Program-made: the position numbers and the translations under genes
The notes under the pieces: generated by a model
What the model was told of the DNA's origin: nothing
Database searches by the model: none
The model's input: the letters and a program-made list of their open reading frames with translations, nothing else
Part shown: piece after piece, positions 9,857-18,333 of the stretch
Layout: every line of letters begins with the position of its first letter
Position numbering within the stretch: position 1 is the stretch's first letter
DNA from: Candidatus Moraniibacteriota bacterium
GTDB taxonomy: Bacteria; Patescibacteriota; Minisyncoccia; Moranbacterales; GCA-2747515
Direction of reading: 5' to 3'
NCBI GenBank assembly: GCA_046116545.1
Contig: CP175956.1
Span: 77,219-141,218, forward strand
Length of the DNA stretch: 64,000 nucleotides

Positions 9857-10810
9857 TTATTCTTTTTCTTCCAGCTCATCTTCATCATTATCCACATCAT
9901 CACTTTCGTCAGCGTCAGATTTATCACCTTCTAGAGCAAGCTCACCTCCGAAAGCTTCAATTAATTCTGCACGTGCAGCATCAACTGTTACTTTAAATGC
10001 ACTAATAGCATCTTTTACAGCTGCTTTCCGTACAGCAACTAATTCTTGTACTTCTGGACCAACTTGTTTCATTTCTTGTACTTCTTTACGAAATGTTGTA
10101 GCGATACCTTTTAATTCAGCATTAAGATCTTTTGCAATATTTTTCAAATCATCTGCTGTTGCATCTTCACTACACGCGCCTTCTGATGCAGCGATTGCTG
10201 TATTATACGATGCTTGATATTCACTATATGATGCTGTTACTGTAGCTTTTTTTTCTTCAACTAATGCATCTACAGCTTCTTGTAATGCCAATGTTGCAGC
10301 GTCAATTGCTTCACGACGAACTATTACAGCCTCCTCAACAGTTGCTTTAAATGTTGATACAGCAGCTATTTGCTCATCTGTTTGTGCCTTTTCTTCTAAA
10401 TTATTGTAGGATGTCTCACGCTGCCCATCTCGCTTCTGTCGTTGTTCTTGCAATTCTTTATTTTGCATAACTCGCTTGTCCTGTACCTGTACCAATCTAT
10501 CTTCAAGTTTAGATGAATTTATTTCTTCACGCTTCGCAGACCGGTCTTTAAGTCGCAAAATTGTTTTGTCAACACGTTCACATATTCTTTCAACTTTTTT
10601 TGCATCAAGTTCTTCTTTTTTATCTGCAATTGCAGCTTCACGTTCCACCTTTTTATCTTCAATTATAGTCTCACGTTCTGCTTTTTTTGCATCACGTTCT
10701 GCTATCATAGCATCTCTATCTGCTGGTGCTGCAAAAACAACACTACTAGACATTACCGTTACAATTGCTAGACCTCCAATAATTTGATATTTTTTCATAT
10801 TCTTATGCAT
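9857..10810 (-). CDS. Secreted coiled-coil protein with an acidic C-terminal tail
   Basis: Signal-peptide-like N-terminus (MKKYQIIGGLAIVTVMSSSVVFAAPA). The body is a long charged helical-repeat region. The C-terminus is DESDDVDNDEDELEEKE. Confidence 0.5.
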   Translation of the reverse strand: MHKNMKKYQIIGGLAIVTVMSSSVVFAAPADRDAMIAERDAKKAERETIIEDKKVEREAAIADKKEELDAKKVERICERVDKTILRLKDRSAKREEINSSKLEDRLVQVQDKRVMQNKELQEQRQKRDGQRETSYNNLEEKAQTDEQIAAVSTFKATVEEAVIVRREAIDAATLALQEAVDALVEEKKATVTASYSEYQASYNTAIAASEGACSEDATADDLKNIAKDLNAELKGIATTFRKEVQEMKQVGPEVQELVAVRKAAVKDAISAFKVTVDAARAELIEAFGGELALEGDKSDADESDDVDNDEDELEEKE

Positions 10811-10825
10811 ATTTTTTATATAAAT

Positions 10826-11113
10826 TTAAAATACTATAATTTCTTCATCTACAAAACCATTGACATCGTCAAAATCACTCATATCAATAACTTCTACAAA
10901 ATCAAGCTCATCCATCTCAAAATCCTCATCTGTGAGAATATTAATTTCTTTTTTTAGAATGACTGCATCTTCATCCTTTGTAATTGTTGTCTTTTTTACA
11001 ACTGTTTTTTCACTAGGAACTGCATCGTAAACAGTACTAGAATTATATAGTAAAGCTCCTCCTACGACCACAAACACAACAACTAAAATTGCAATGTAAT
11101 ATCCACTTTTCAT
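10826..11113 (-). CDS. Small membrane-anchored acidic protein
   Basis: 95 aa with an N-terminal TM helix and a D/E-rich C-terminus. Confidence 0.35.
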   Translation of the reverse strand: MKSGYYIAILVVVFVVVGGALLYNSSTVYDAVPSEKTVVKKTTITKDEDAVILKKEINILTDEDFEMDELDFVEVIDMSDFDDVNGFVDEEIIVF

Positions 11114-11170
11114 ATTTATTTTGATTTAATTATTATAACAATTTTATTATATCACAGATTTACCTTTCTA

Positions 11171-12112
11171 TCACCTAAATTTATCTTTATTTTGCAAATA
11201 AAATGGAATTGCTATTAAGCTAACTAGCATCTGTAAGACTCTCGATAAAATAACAACTGTCACTGCAGCACTAGCACTCACTCCAAATATTCCAAACAAA
11301 AATACATAAGCCCATTCTTTCACACCAATATTACCCATACTTATAGGAACAGCAGCAATTATACTTGATAAAAATATAACACTCATAAAATCTTCCACAG
11401 ATAAACAAATCCCTATCGACTTAAATAGTAAATAATTTGCGATGGCAACTCCTACAAAAGCAAATACAAAAGCATACAATAAAGACTTAGTCATTATTTC
11501 AATATTTCTAAATTTAGCAAGTTGCTTTATATATACTTGTATAAAATTTGGTAATAAATTTATAAAATACCTTATGAACCTACTGTTAAAAAATATTATA
11601 ACAATAACGAATGTAGTAATTGTAATGATCAGTCCATATACTATCCAGACTATTATTTCATGATCTATCAAAACTTTAAAATTATAAAATGCAAAAATGA
11701 TTGATAAAATCATAATACCAATAAGCCCACTAATCCTATCAACAACAATTGTTGTTGAGCTCTCACTCACTCTACCAACAGGCTTCCCTAGTGAATACGC
11801 TCTATACGTATCCCCACCAATAAAAGAAGGGAGAAAATTGTTCAAAAAAGTTCCAAGTAAATATGACTTGATGTAGAAAATAAATTTATTAGTAAATTTT
11901 TTAAATCTAGCTATAATTTGCCATTTACGAGCACTTATCACAATTCCCAAAATATAAAAAATCACAAATGCAATAATATAATAAATATTTGCACCTACTA
12001 TATATCCCCACACCTCCGTCCAATCAACATTGATTATCAATAAAAATACCAAAAAAGAAGATATGGCTATCTTCAAAAAAGTTTTACATTTACTATTATT
12101 TTTACAAATCAT
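11171..12112 (-). CDS. Polytopic membrane protein, flippase-like (UPF0104 / lysyl-PG synthase TM-domain-like)
   Basis: 313 aa with about 8 TM helices. The motif FLPSFIGGDTYRAYSLGKP is typical of this family. Confidence 0.45.
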   Translation of the reverse strand: MICKNNSKCKTFLKIAISSFLVFLLIINVDWTEVWGYIVGANIYYIIAFVIFYILGIVISARKWQIIARFKKFTNKFIFYIKSYLLGTFLNNFLPSFIGGDTYRAYSLGKPVGRVSESSTTIVVDRISGLIGIMILSIIFAFYNFKVLIDHEIIVWIVYGLIITITTFVIVIIFFNSRFIRYFINLLPNFIQVYIKQLAKFRNIEIMTKSLLYAFVFAFVGVAIANYLLFKSIGICLSVEDFMSVIFLSSIIAAVPISMGNIGVKEWAYVFLFGIFGVSASAAVTVVILSRVLQMLVSLIAIPFYLQNKDKFR

Positions 12113-12141
12113 TTTTTATTATTATGTCAGTTGTTTTACAT

Positions 12142-12229
12142 GAGATTGCTTCGTCGTACCTCCTCGCAAAGACGATATCTAGTCATTGCGAACAGAACCA
12201 AAATCATCTGTGACCTGTGAAGCAATCTC
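12142..12229. repeat. Palindromic element family A (unit II then unit I, opposite order to 9274)
   Basis: gagattgcttcgtcgtacctcctcgcaaagac ... gtcattgcgaacagaacc...gtgaagcaatctc. Confidence 0.8.
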
Positions 12230-12236
12230 GATCATT

Positions 12237-12539
12237 TTATCCATTTTCTATCATTTTACCATATAAATCAACCCACTCAATATTACTATTTTCAATCAAT
12301 GCAATTTTATTTTTACGCGAACCACTTTTTATTTGTTTTTCTCTAGAAATTGCAGACTCAATTGATGGACATACTTCATAATGTACTAACTTATGCAAAT
12401 TATATCTTTGAGTAAATCCCCTTACAATATTATTTTTGTGTTCCCAAATTCGTTTTTGCAAATTAGTAGTAACTCCAACGTACAAAGTACCATCTTTTTT
12501 ATTCGTTAAAATATACACGCACGAAATTTTTTCATTCAT
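12237..12539 (-). CDS. GIY-YIG domain nuclease family protein (UPF0213-like)
   Basis: Motifs VYILTNKKDGTLYVGVTTNLQKRIWEHK and RPW-like. It is flanked on both sides by family-A repeats. Confidence 0.75.
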   Translation of the reverse strand: MNEKISCVYILTNKKDGTLYVGVTTNLQKRIWEHKNNIVRGFTQRYNLHKLVHYEVCPSIESAISREKQIKSGSRKNKIALIENSNIEWVDLYGKMIENG

Positions 12540-12575
12540 AATTTTGTCATATAATAAATCTCATGTCTTCATCTC

Positions 12576-12680
12576 GTCTTTGCGAGCAACTGTGACTTTT
12601 ATTATGTCTAGCGAAGCAATCTCCACCAGGTTTATTAATATACTCACTAAGATTGCTTCGTCGTACCTCCTCGCAATGAC
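12576..12680. repeat. Palindromic element family A. Its unit II overlaps the 3' end and supplies the stop codon of the GT4 gene.
   Basis: gtctttgcgagcaactgtgac...gcgaagcaatctc / ctaagattgcttcgtcgtacctcctcgcaatgac. On the minus strand, unit II reads ...V S L R G G T T K Q S stop. Confidence 0.8.
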
Positions 12681-13831
12681 ACATTATTATATAGCTCAAC
12701 ATACTCATTTGCCACATTTTCCCAGTTCATTGTCTCCGCTATCAATCTACTTGCATGTCCCATACCATCACATATTTCTGGATTTTCTATTAATATTTTT
12801 AATTTTTCTACGATTGACTGTACATCATTCATTTTTATGAGATAACCATTTTCTCCATTTCTCACAAGCTCCTCCGCTCCACCTGTTGGTGTCATGAGCA
12901 CTGGAAGACCTGATGCCAATGCTTCTAATAAATTATTACTCATTCCTTCATTTAACGATGGCATCACAAATACATCCGCACTATTATAGATACCTGCAGA
13001 TTCTTCCTTTGTATACAATCCACTAAATGTTACTCGTCCATCTAATCTATATTTTTTCACCTGAGCTTTTAACTCTTCCATTGCATTTCCCTCTCCCCCA
13101 GCTATTTGCATTTTGATATGAGGATACATATCAAATAATTCCACAAAAGCATCTATCGCATAATTAAATCCCTTTCGCCTTGATATTCTAGAAGCTAACA
13201 AAATTTTAAATTCTTTTTTTCTATCTTCAACTGTCCTGCTGCTACTACTATAAAAATCTGTATCCACTCCATTAAATATTTGTACAAATTCTTGTTCTGG
13301 CATAGTACTACTAGCAAGCTCTGTAAGACCTTTACTATTTGTTACAACATAATGTGCATCTTTCCATACTTTGTGAATTGTTGGTGTAATGATTTTATAT
13401 AATTTTTTAAATCTTTCACTGTAACCTGGCACATCAGCACCTCGCAGAGATACAATATATGGAATACCATATTTCTTTTTTAATCTTCTTGATATCACAC
13501 CACTAGGCACAGCAAAAAAACTATGCGTCAAATCATAATCATTTCTAGCAATTAATTTTTTGGCAAATTGATATGCCCTAAACGTGTACTTCAATAATTC
13601 TCCTTTTGTTTGATAATTTAAATTATTTGCACTTTTGCCTATTGGAAGTCTATGTATTATTATATTTTCCCCAACTCTCTCTTGCACGTATTCATCTATA
13701 ATTGAAGATGTAACAAGATCAACAAAAACATCATCTCGACGAGAATACTCATCCAAGATGTATTTTGTAGCATTTGCAGCACCACCTCCAAGTGGAGGAT
13801 ATTCATAATTAAAAAATAATACTCTTTTCAT
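12647..13831 (-). CDS. GT4-family (GT-B fold) glycosyltransferase. Its C-terminal 10 aa and stop codon are encoded by a family-A repeat.
   Basis: N-terminal motif FFNYEYPPLGGGAANA, and a C-terminal domain with an E-x7-E-like segment (FVMPSLNEGMSNNLLEALASGLPVL). It ends ...SLRGGTTKQS. Confidence 0.8.
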   Translation of the reverse strand: MKRVLFFNYEYPPLGGGAANATKYILDEYSRRDDVFVDLVTSSIIDEYVQERVGENIIIHRLPIGKSANNLNYQTKGELLKYTFRAYQFAKKLIARNDYDLTHSFFAVPSGVISRRLKKKYGIPYIVSLRGADVPGYSERFKKLYKIITPTIHKVWKDAHYVVTNSKGLTELASSTMPEQEFVQIFNGVDTDFYSSSSRTVEDRKKEFKILLASRISRRKGFNYAIDAFVELFDMYPHIKMQIAGGEGNAMEELKAQVKKYRLDGRVTFSGLYTKEESAGIYNSADVFVMPSLNEGMSNNLLEALASGLPVLMTPTGGAEELVRNGENGYLIKMNDVQSIVEKLKILIENPEICDGMGHASRLIAETMNWENVANEYVELYNNVSLRGGTTKQS

Positions 13832-13858
13832 ACATACAATTATACAACAAAAGAAAAA

Positions 13859-13886
13859 ATACTGGAAACATTTGTGTTTCCAGTAT
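13859..13886 (-). terminator. Hairpin followed by a T-run on the minus strand, downstream of ugd
   Basis: atactggaaaca-tttgt-gtttccagtat, then TTTTTCTTTT on the transcribed (minus) strand. Confidence 0.55.
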
Positions 13887-13897
13887 TTTATTTTATT

Positions 13898-15211
13898 CTA
13901 AAGTTGACCGTGGCCAACATATTTAAATCCTGCCTCCTCCATCTTTTTTGTCCTATACACATTTCTAAAATCAACAAATGCTGGATCTTCATTCATAAGA
14001 TCTTTCAATCTATTTAAATCCAATGCACGAAATTGATTCCATTCAGTCATTAGAACAATACAATCAGCTCCATCGGCCGCATTATACGCATCTGTCGCAT
14101 AATAAGTTTCCTCTGGCAATGAGCTGCGAGCTTCATTCATACCTTTTGGATCATAGACTCTAACTATCGCACCTTTCTCAGCAAGTGTATTAACAATCAA
14201 CACTGCTGCAGAGGCCCGAGTATCATCTGTTTCTGGCTTAAATGTTAAACCTAAAACAGTGATTGTTTTTCCTGCTACATCACCGTCAACAATACTTTTG
14301 ATTTTTTTGATCATTGATGCTTTTTGAGCACTATTTGCCTCAACAGTTGCACTAACAATACGCAAATTACTACCATATTCCTGAGCAATTCGCAAAAGCG
14401 CTAACGTATCTTTGGGAAAGCAAGAGCCGCCATAGCCTGGACCAGGATGTAAAAATTTATCACCAATTCTCCCATCCATGCCCATACCTTTGGCAAGTTT
14501 TAGCACATCAGCACCAACACATTCACAAAGATTAGCCATCTCATTAATAAAGCTAATTTTCATTGCTAAAAAAGCGTTTGATGCATACTTGATTAGCTCT
14601 GCCGTCTCCAAAGTAGTTTCTAAAATTGGTGCCTCTCTGATATACAACGGCTCATAAACATCACACATAATATCAAATGCTTCTTTAGTTTCAGCACCAA
14701 TAACAATCCTGTCTGGCCTCATGAAATCATCAATAGCCGCACCCTCTCGCAAAAATTCTGGATTAGATACCATGTCAAAGTTTGCATTTGGATTTGTGCT
14801 ACTGATTATTCGCTTAACCTGCATTGCCGTCCCTGCTGGAACTGTACTTTTGTTAACTATGACAGTGTAATCCCTGAGATGCGGTGCTATATTCTTAGCT
14901 GCCGCATGTACATAAGACAAATCAGCATATCCATCTCCACGACGACTTGTGGGAGTGCCTACTGCTATAAATATAACATCAGCACCCAGAACTGCCTCTT
15001 CTAATTCAGTCGTGAAAATCAAGCTTTTACCTGCAGAAACTTTGGAAATCAAGACTTCTAACCCTGGCTCATAAATCGGAACTCCTCCACCCTTGAGAAG
15101 TGCCACCCTGTCTTCATCAATATCCACACATGTAACATAATGACCAAGATCAGCAAAACATGCCCCAGTAACAAGTCCAACATAACCAGCGCCTATCATT
15201 GTAATATTCAT
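13898..15211 (-). CDS. ugd: UDP-glucose 6-dehydrogenase
   Basis: N-terminal NAD fold IGAGYVGLVTGACFADLGH, catalytic-cysteine motif GGSCFPKD, and the family's C-terminal domain. Confidence 0.9.
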   Translation of the reverse strand: MNITMIGAGYVGLVTGACFADLGHYVTCVDIDEDRVALLKGGGVPIYEPGLEVLISKVSAGKSLIFTTELEEAVLGADVIFIAVGTPTSRRGDGYADLSYVHAAAKNIAPHLRDYTVIVNKSTVPAGTAMQVKRIISSTNPNANFDMVSNPEFLREGAAIDDFMRPDRIVIGAETKEAFDIMCDVYEPLYIREAPILETTLETAELIKYASNAFLAMKISFINEMANLCECVGADVLKLAKGMGMDGRIGDKFLHPGPGYGGSCFPKDTLALLRIAQEYGSNLRIVSATVEANSAQKASMIKKIKSIVDGDVAGKTITVLGLTFKPETDDTRASAAVLIVNTLAEKGAIVRVYDPKGMNEARSSLPEETYYATDAYNAADGADCIVLMTEWNQFRALDLNRLKDLMNEDPAFVDFRNVYRTKKMEEAGFKYVGHGQL

Positions 15212-15377
15212 TTTCTACTTTCTCCTTTTTTAAATTGAATAGTTACACTTTTAATAAATGCTAACTGTATAATTAAAGAACACATCTCAAAATAAAGATG
15301 TGTCAAAAGTATAACAAAATAGGGAAACTCGTCAATGAAAAATAATCATATATAACTCCGTTCCTTTCTGTGTTTAT

Positions 15378-15543
15378 GTCATTGCGAACAGAGCCCACAT
15401 CATTTGTAACATGTGAAGCAATCTCATTACAATATCTATGTCTTTGCGAACAGAGCCCATGTTCATTATGACATGTGAAGCAATCTCATTGGGTTTATTA
15501 GTTCACTTACTGAGATTGCTTCGTCGTACCTCCTCGCAAAGAC
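15378..15543. repeat. Palindromic element family A. Two tandem unit-I copies are followed by unit II.
   Basis: gtcattgcgaacagagcccacatcatttgtaacatgtgaagcaatctc, then gtctttgcgaacagagcccatgttcattatgacatgtgaagcaatctc, then gagattgcttcgtcgtacctcctcgcaaagac. Confidence 0.8.
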
Positions 15544-15590
15544 GATAGCCTGTGGATAAACTTGAACAGTTATAGAATTATATCCAACCA

Positions 15591-15632
15591 AAACCACCCC
15601 TCAGTCCCCTCCTTAAAAAGGAGGGGAGGTAA
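15591..15632. repeat. Hairpin element family B, part 1 (accacccctcagtcccctccttaaaaaggaggggagg)
   Basis: Near-identical copies lie at 41471..41510 and 45381..45420. A variant lies at 19851..19880. Confidence 0.7.
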
Positions 15633-15635
15633 AAA

Positions 15636-15672
15636 CTAAACTAAACTAAACTAAACTAAACTAAACTAAACA
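15636..15672. repeat. Pentanucleotide microsatellite (ctaaa), about 7 copies
   Basis: Direct tandem ctaaactaaactaaa..., read from the sequence. Confidence 0.85.
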
Positions 15673-15750
15673 GAATAAAACAGAACTAAGCTAAACATAC
15701 ATCATACGCTCCTACAGACTTGTCATTCCAGAAAATATTATTTGTATCCT

Positions 15751-15776
15751 GTAGGGACAGTGCCTTGTGCCTGTCC
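15751..15776. repeat. Family C arm, single copy
   Basis: gtagggacagtgccttgtgcctgtcc, identical to the 9572 arm. Confidence 0.7.
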
Positions 15777-15850
15777 GAGATATTACTTTACAAATAAATT
15801 CATCAGGAATTTACACTATACGATTATTTCAAATCTTTAGTAACATTCAA

Positions 15851-15905
15851 GCCTCTCCCCTTTTTTAAAGGGGGAGATGTCCTAAGGACAGAGGGGGTTC
15901 CACGC
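15851..15905. repeat. Hairpin element family B, part 2 (ctctcccctttttt aaagggggagatgtcctaaggacagagggggtt)
   Basis: Copies lie at 19931..19980 and 41373..41420. Confidence 0.7.
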
Positions 15906-15981
15906 CAACAACTAATAATAAAAAAAGCTACTGTACCTTTTAAAGATACAGTAACTTCAACAAATACAATAACTGATTATT

Positions 15982-16929
15982 CTATAGTTCTACAACATTC
16001 TTAACAGTATAATTCATTCTTTTCTGACCTTTATAATAATTTTTCATTACAATATCTGCAAGAAGTCCAAACACAAAGAACTGTACTCCCAACATTATGA
16101 AAAATGTACCCATAAGTGGCCAGATTCGCTCTGACAATGCAGCGTCAAAAAATACTTTCTCAACACTCATCCATGCAAGAATTGTCATGCCAAAAAATAT
16201 AAACACCATGCCTCCTCCGCCAAAGAAATGTAATGGTCTTGAAGCATACTTACGCCAAAACCAGATTGATATCATATCAACAAACCCCTTCACTGAACGT
16301 TTCCAATTATATTTAGTAACACCCGCAACTCTAGCGTGATGAGAAACCTTCACCTCTCCCACTGTATATCCATCTAATTCTAAAATAGCCGGTATAAAAC
16401 GATGCATTTCTCCAAACAAATCAATTCCTCGAAGTGCATCACCATCATACACCTTTAAACTACAACCAGAATCATGTATAGAATCTTTCAATAATAATTT
16501 TCGAAGCTTGTCAGCTGTTCTAGAAAAGAATTTTTTTGAAAAAGAATCTTTTCTATCAAATCTCCAGCCTGATACAATATCATACCCTTCAGCCTTTTTT
16601 TCTAGTAACTTTCCTATGTCAGCAGGATCATTTTGCAAATCACCATCCATCGTAACAATTACATCACCTACAGATGCCTTGAAGCCAGCATCAAACGCAG
16701 CTGTCTGACCAAAGTTCTTACGCAATTCAATCAATGTTAAATTAGATAAAGACTTACAAATTTCAACAGTCTTATCACAAGAACCATCATCCACAAAAAT
16801 AACCTCGTATGATTTATTCAATCCATCACATGCTTCAACAATTTTCCTGTGTAATTCTGCAACATTTCCTTCCTCATTATAAACAGGAACTACAACTGAT
16901 AACTGTACCTTTTTTTCTGAATTTTCCAT
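15982..16929 (-). CDS. GT2 polyprenol-phosphate glycosyltransferase (DPM1/ArnC/GtrB-like) with C-terminal TM helices
   Basis: Motifs VVVPVYNEEGNV, FVDDGS and MDGDLQND (DxD), plus two C-terminal TM helices. This is the expected partner enzyme for GT-C transferases. Confidence 0.85.
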   Translation of the reverse strand: MENSEKKVQLSVVVPVYNEEGNVAELHRKIVEACDGLNKSYEVIFVDDGSCDKTVEICKSLSNLTLIELRKNFGQTAAFDAGFKASVGDVIVTMDGDLQNDPADIGKLLEKKAEGYDIVSGWRFDRKDSFSKKFFSRTADKLRKLLLKDSIHDSGCSLKVYDGDALRGIDLFGEMHRFIPAILELDGYTVGEVKVSHHARVAGVTKYNWKRSVKGFVDMISIWFWRKYASRPLHFFGGGGMVFIFFGMTILAWMSVEKVFFDAALSERIWPLMGTFFIMLGVQFFVFGLLADIVMKNYYKGQKRMNYTVKNVVEL

Positions 16930-17043
16930 TCTAGCTTTTTTAATTTCTTAAATTCTTAACTAAATACTAACATACCAAATACACAGATTCAACTCTAAGT
17001 TGTATAAGTGCTCCCAAATTTCAGTCTTTGCGAGCAACTGTGC

Positions 17044-17186
17044 CATTTCATACGTCCTGCGAAGCAATCTCGTCAAAATATTTATGTCATTGCGAACAGA
17101 AACCACATCATTTGTAACATGTGAAGCAATCTCCGTAGGTTTATTAATGCACCCACTAAGATTGCTTCGTCGTACCTCCTCGCAAA
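17044..17186. repeat. Palindromic element family A. Two unit-I variants are followed by unit II.
   Basis: gtctttgcgagcaactgtgccatttcatacgtcctgcgaagcaatctc ... gtcattgcgaacagaaaccacatcatttgtaacatgtgaagcaatctc ... ctaagattgcttcgtcgtacctcctcgcaaaaac. Confidence 0.8.
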
Positions 17187-17238
17187 AACAAAATACTTTA
17201 TTGCCTCTCCTTGTAAAGACGTTGTTTTTTAAATGTTT

Positions 17239-18216
17239 TTATTTGTTATCTTCCTTGCTCTTCTTTCCAAAAATATGCTTTGCTGCAAAATATAGAAACC
17301 ATGCGCCAACTGCAAATATAATTATAAATGGAAGTGATGTTATCGTAAATCTTATAACAATATTTAGTAGGTTAGTTGCTTTTTTGATAAGTGTATTAAA
17401 CGAATCTGTCACAACTTGCATTGGTCGCCAAGAATCAGAAACTACAATACTTGAATCTTCTCTCAAAGATACATTAATTGTTGAATATTGTGTTTGATCT
17501 TTTAAATATTTCAACTGTCCTTCCATACTCTCAACTTCTGTACGCACCCGAGCAAGTTCACGCTCAACCTGTATTAGCTCATCTACATCATCAGCTTTTT
17601 TGAAAAAACTTCTCAATCTTTCTTCATGTTCTTTTTTGTTTTTTATACGAGATTCCAAATCTATAAATCGAGCTGTTACATCTTGTGATTGTGATGATTC
17701 ATCAATTACAAGCGGAGCAATTCTTTTAATAGCTGCAAAAGTTTCTGCATATTGATTTACTGGCACCTTCACTACTATAAAACCATTTTTATAAGTATCA
17801 CTTTTTGATATATCAGACGACACCTCATCTCCACCATGTGCGTTTGTAATCCATCTAATTTCATCCATGGAATCCTCAACTGAATTAACTCTCATATCTA
17901 TTGAACCTGTTTTGATAACTTTTTTGTCGACTGCAACTTCGCCACCAACATTGTCAGCCGTCACTACCGTTGTTGTTTGACTATTTCTTGCTTTAACTTC
18001 TGGCGCCACAGGACTTTCCATCATTGGCTCCATCATGTCCACCGGCATAACATCCCCCATAGGCATTCCAACAACACTTTCCATACCACCACCATAGCCC
18101 ACATCAGACATTGTTTTATTTGAAGTTCTATTTGACAAAAACACTATCAAAAGTGCAAATGCAACAAAAATTATAATATAAATTACAATTCTTTTTTTAC
18201 CAGGTTTTTCCGACAT
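17239..18216 (-). CDS. DUF4349-like membrane protein (N-terminal TM, central coiled coil, C-terminal TM)
   Basis: The architecture and a segment (RFIDLESRIKNKKEHEERL...ELARVRTEVESMEGQLKYLKDQ) resemble DUF4349. Confidence 0.4.
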   Translation of the reverse strand: MSEKPGKKRIVIYIIIFVAFALLIVFLSNRTSNKTMSDVGYGGGMESVVGMPMGDVMPVDMMEPMMESPVAPEVKARNSQTTTVVTADNVGGEVAVDKKVIKTGSIDMRVNSVEDSMDEIRWITNAHGGDEVSSDISKSDTYKNGFIVVKVPVNQYAETFAAIKRIAPLVIDESSQSQDVTARFIDLESRIKNKKEHEERLRSFFKKADDVDELIQVERELARVRTEVESMEGQLKYLKDQTQYSTINVSLREDSSIVVSDSWRPMQVVTDSFNTLIKKATNLLNIVIRFTITSLPFIIIFAVGAWFLYFAAKHIFGKKSKEDNK

Positions 18217-18333
18217 AATATTATTATTACTTTTTACTATATTTAATATTATAGCATAAATTATATTTTACTACTTATATTTTTATCTACATTAGTTTGA
18301 TGTGAAATATTTGATTGGTCTTATGCGTAATAT

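Noticed and set aside
12436-12840. 134-aa ORF 12436-12840 on the plus strand
   Set aside because: It overlaps the GIY-YIG gene, a family-A repeat and the GT4 C-terminus on the opposite strand. Its translation is low-complexity.
17000-17497. 165-aa ORF 17000-17497 and 64-aa ORF 24854-25048
   Set aside because: Both are largely composed of family-A repeat sequence read through in an open frame, here in intergenic positions. They have no independent coding evidence.
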